A stretch of 64,000 nucleotides of DNA from Catajapyx aquilonaris (Eukaryota), in NCBI GenBank assembly GCA_000934665.2, contig JYFJ02000277.1:1-64000 (forward strand), given 5' to 3'. The first letter of the stretch is position 1, and each line of letters opens with the position of its first letter. Of this stretch, positions 63,612 through 64,000 are shown piece by piece. The notes beneath the pieces are model-generated. The model did no database searches and was not told the DNA's origin. It saw only the letters and a list, made by a program, of their open reading frames with translations. Position numbers and translations under genes: made by a program.

Positions 63612-63890
63612 ACACTAGTTTTTCTATACCCCTGCAGAAAAAAGCGTCAGGCTGGGTGGGAAGCCAGTGGGGGATGGCCTAGCTCTTTCACGTCCTCGAT
63701 GTCACTGAAGTTCTGACCTGCCATGTCCAAAGAGATGTTAGACAGAGTAAAACCATCTCTTTGGTCCAAAAAAGAAGCACCTGGCAGGTCATAAGTGACA
63801 TCGAGGAAGTGAAAGAGCTAGGCCATATCCCCCACTGGCTTCTCACCCAGCCTGACACTTTTTTCTGCAGGGGCATGGAAAAACTAGTGT
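63612..63890. mobile_element. Foldback MITE with ~110-bp arms
   Basis: acactagtttttc..ccctgcagaaaaaag.gtcaggctgggtg.gaagccagtgggg..tggcctagctctttcac.tcctcgatgtcact mirrored at 63781-63890. Confidence 0.85.
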
Positions 63891-64000
63891 CATGCTGGGA
63901 CAGATGCACCTATAAGTGTATGGTGACTATGTCTAAAATTAGAGAAAGAGTTGCCCTTTCATATGTATATCTCAGTTTCAGTTTCTCTAGTGAAACTTAT

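Overview
Gene-dense eukaryotic window from an invertebrate animal (short GT-AG introns, metazoan genes; arthropod plausible but not provable here). The first ~15 kb holds mostly decayed DNA transposons (hAT-like, Chapaev3-like), SINEs, MITEs and microsatellites. The rest contains: a secreted signal-peptide + coiled-coil + 2x LAR-like Ig protein that needs a GC-AG intron; a 4-exon thioredoxin missed by the ORF track; DDX20/Gemin3; three tandem wax-ester-synthase/DGAT-family acyltransferases with diverging HHxxxDG motifs plus a pseudo-exon; four C2H2 zinc-finger genes (one truncated, one with a MITE-derived C-terminus); an intact pogo/Tigger-derived gene with two catalytic Asp replaced by His, apparently nested in a ZF gene intron; RPL5; and the 5' part of a divergent TPR/Megator-like gene. 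Exon models were built by eye from splice consensus and frame continuity. Family assignments come from recalled motifs, not database searches.
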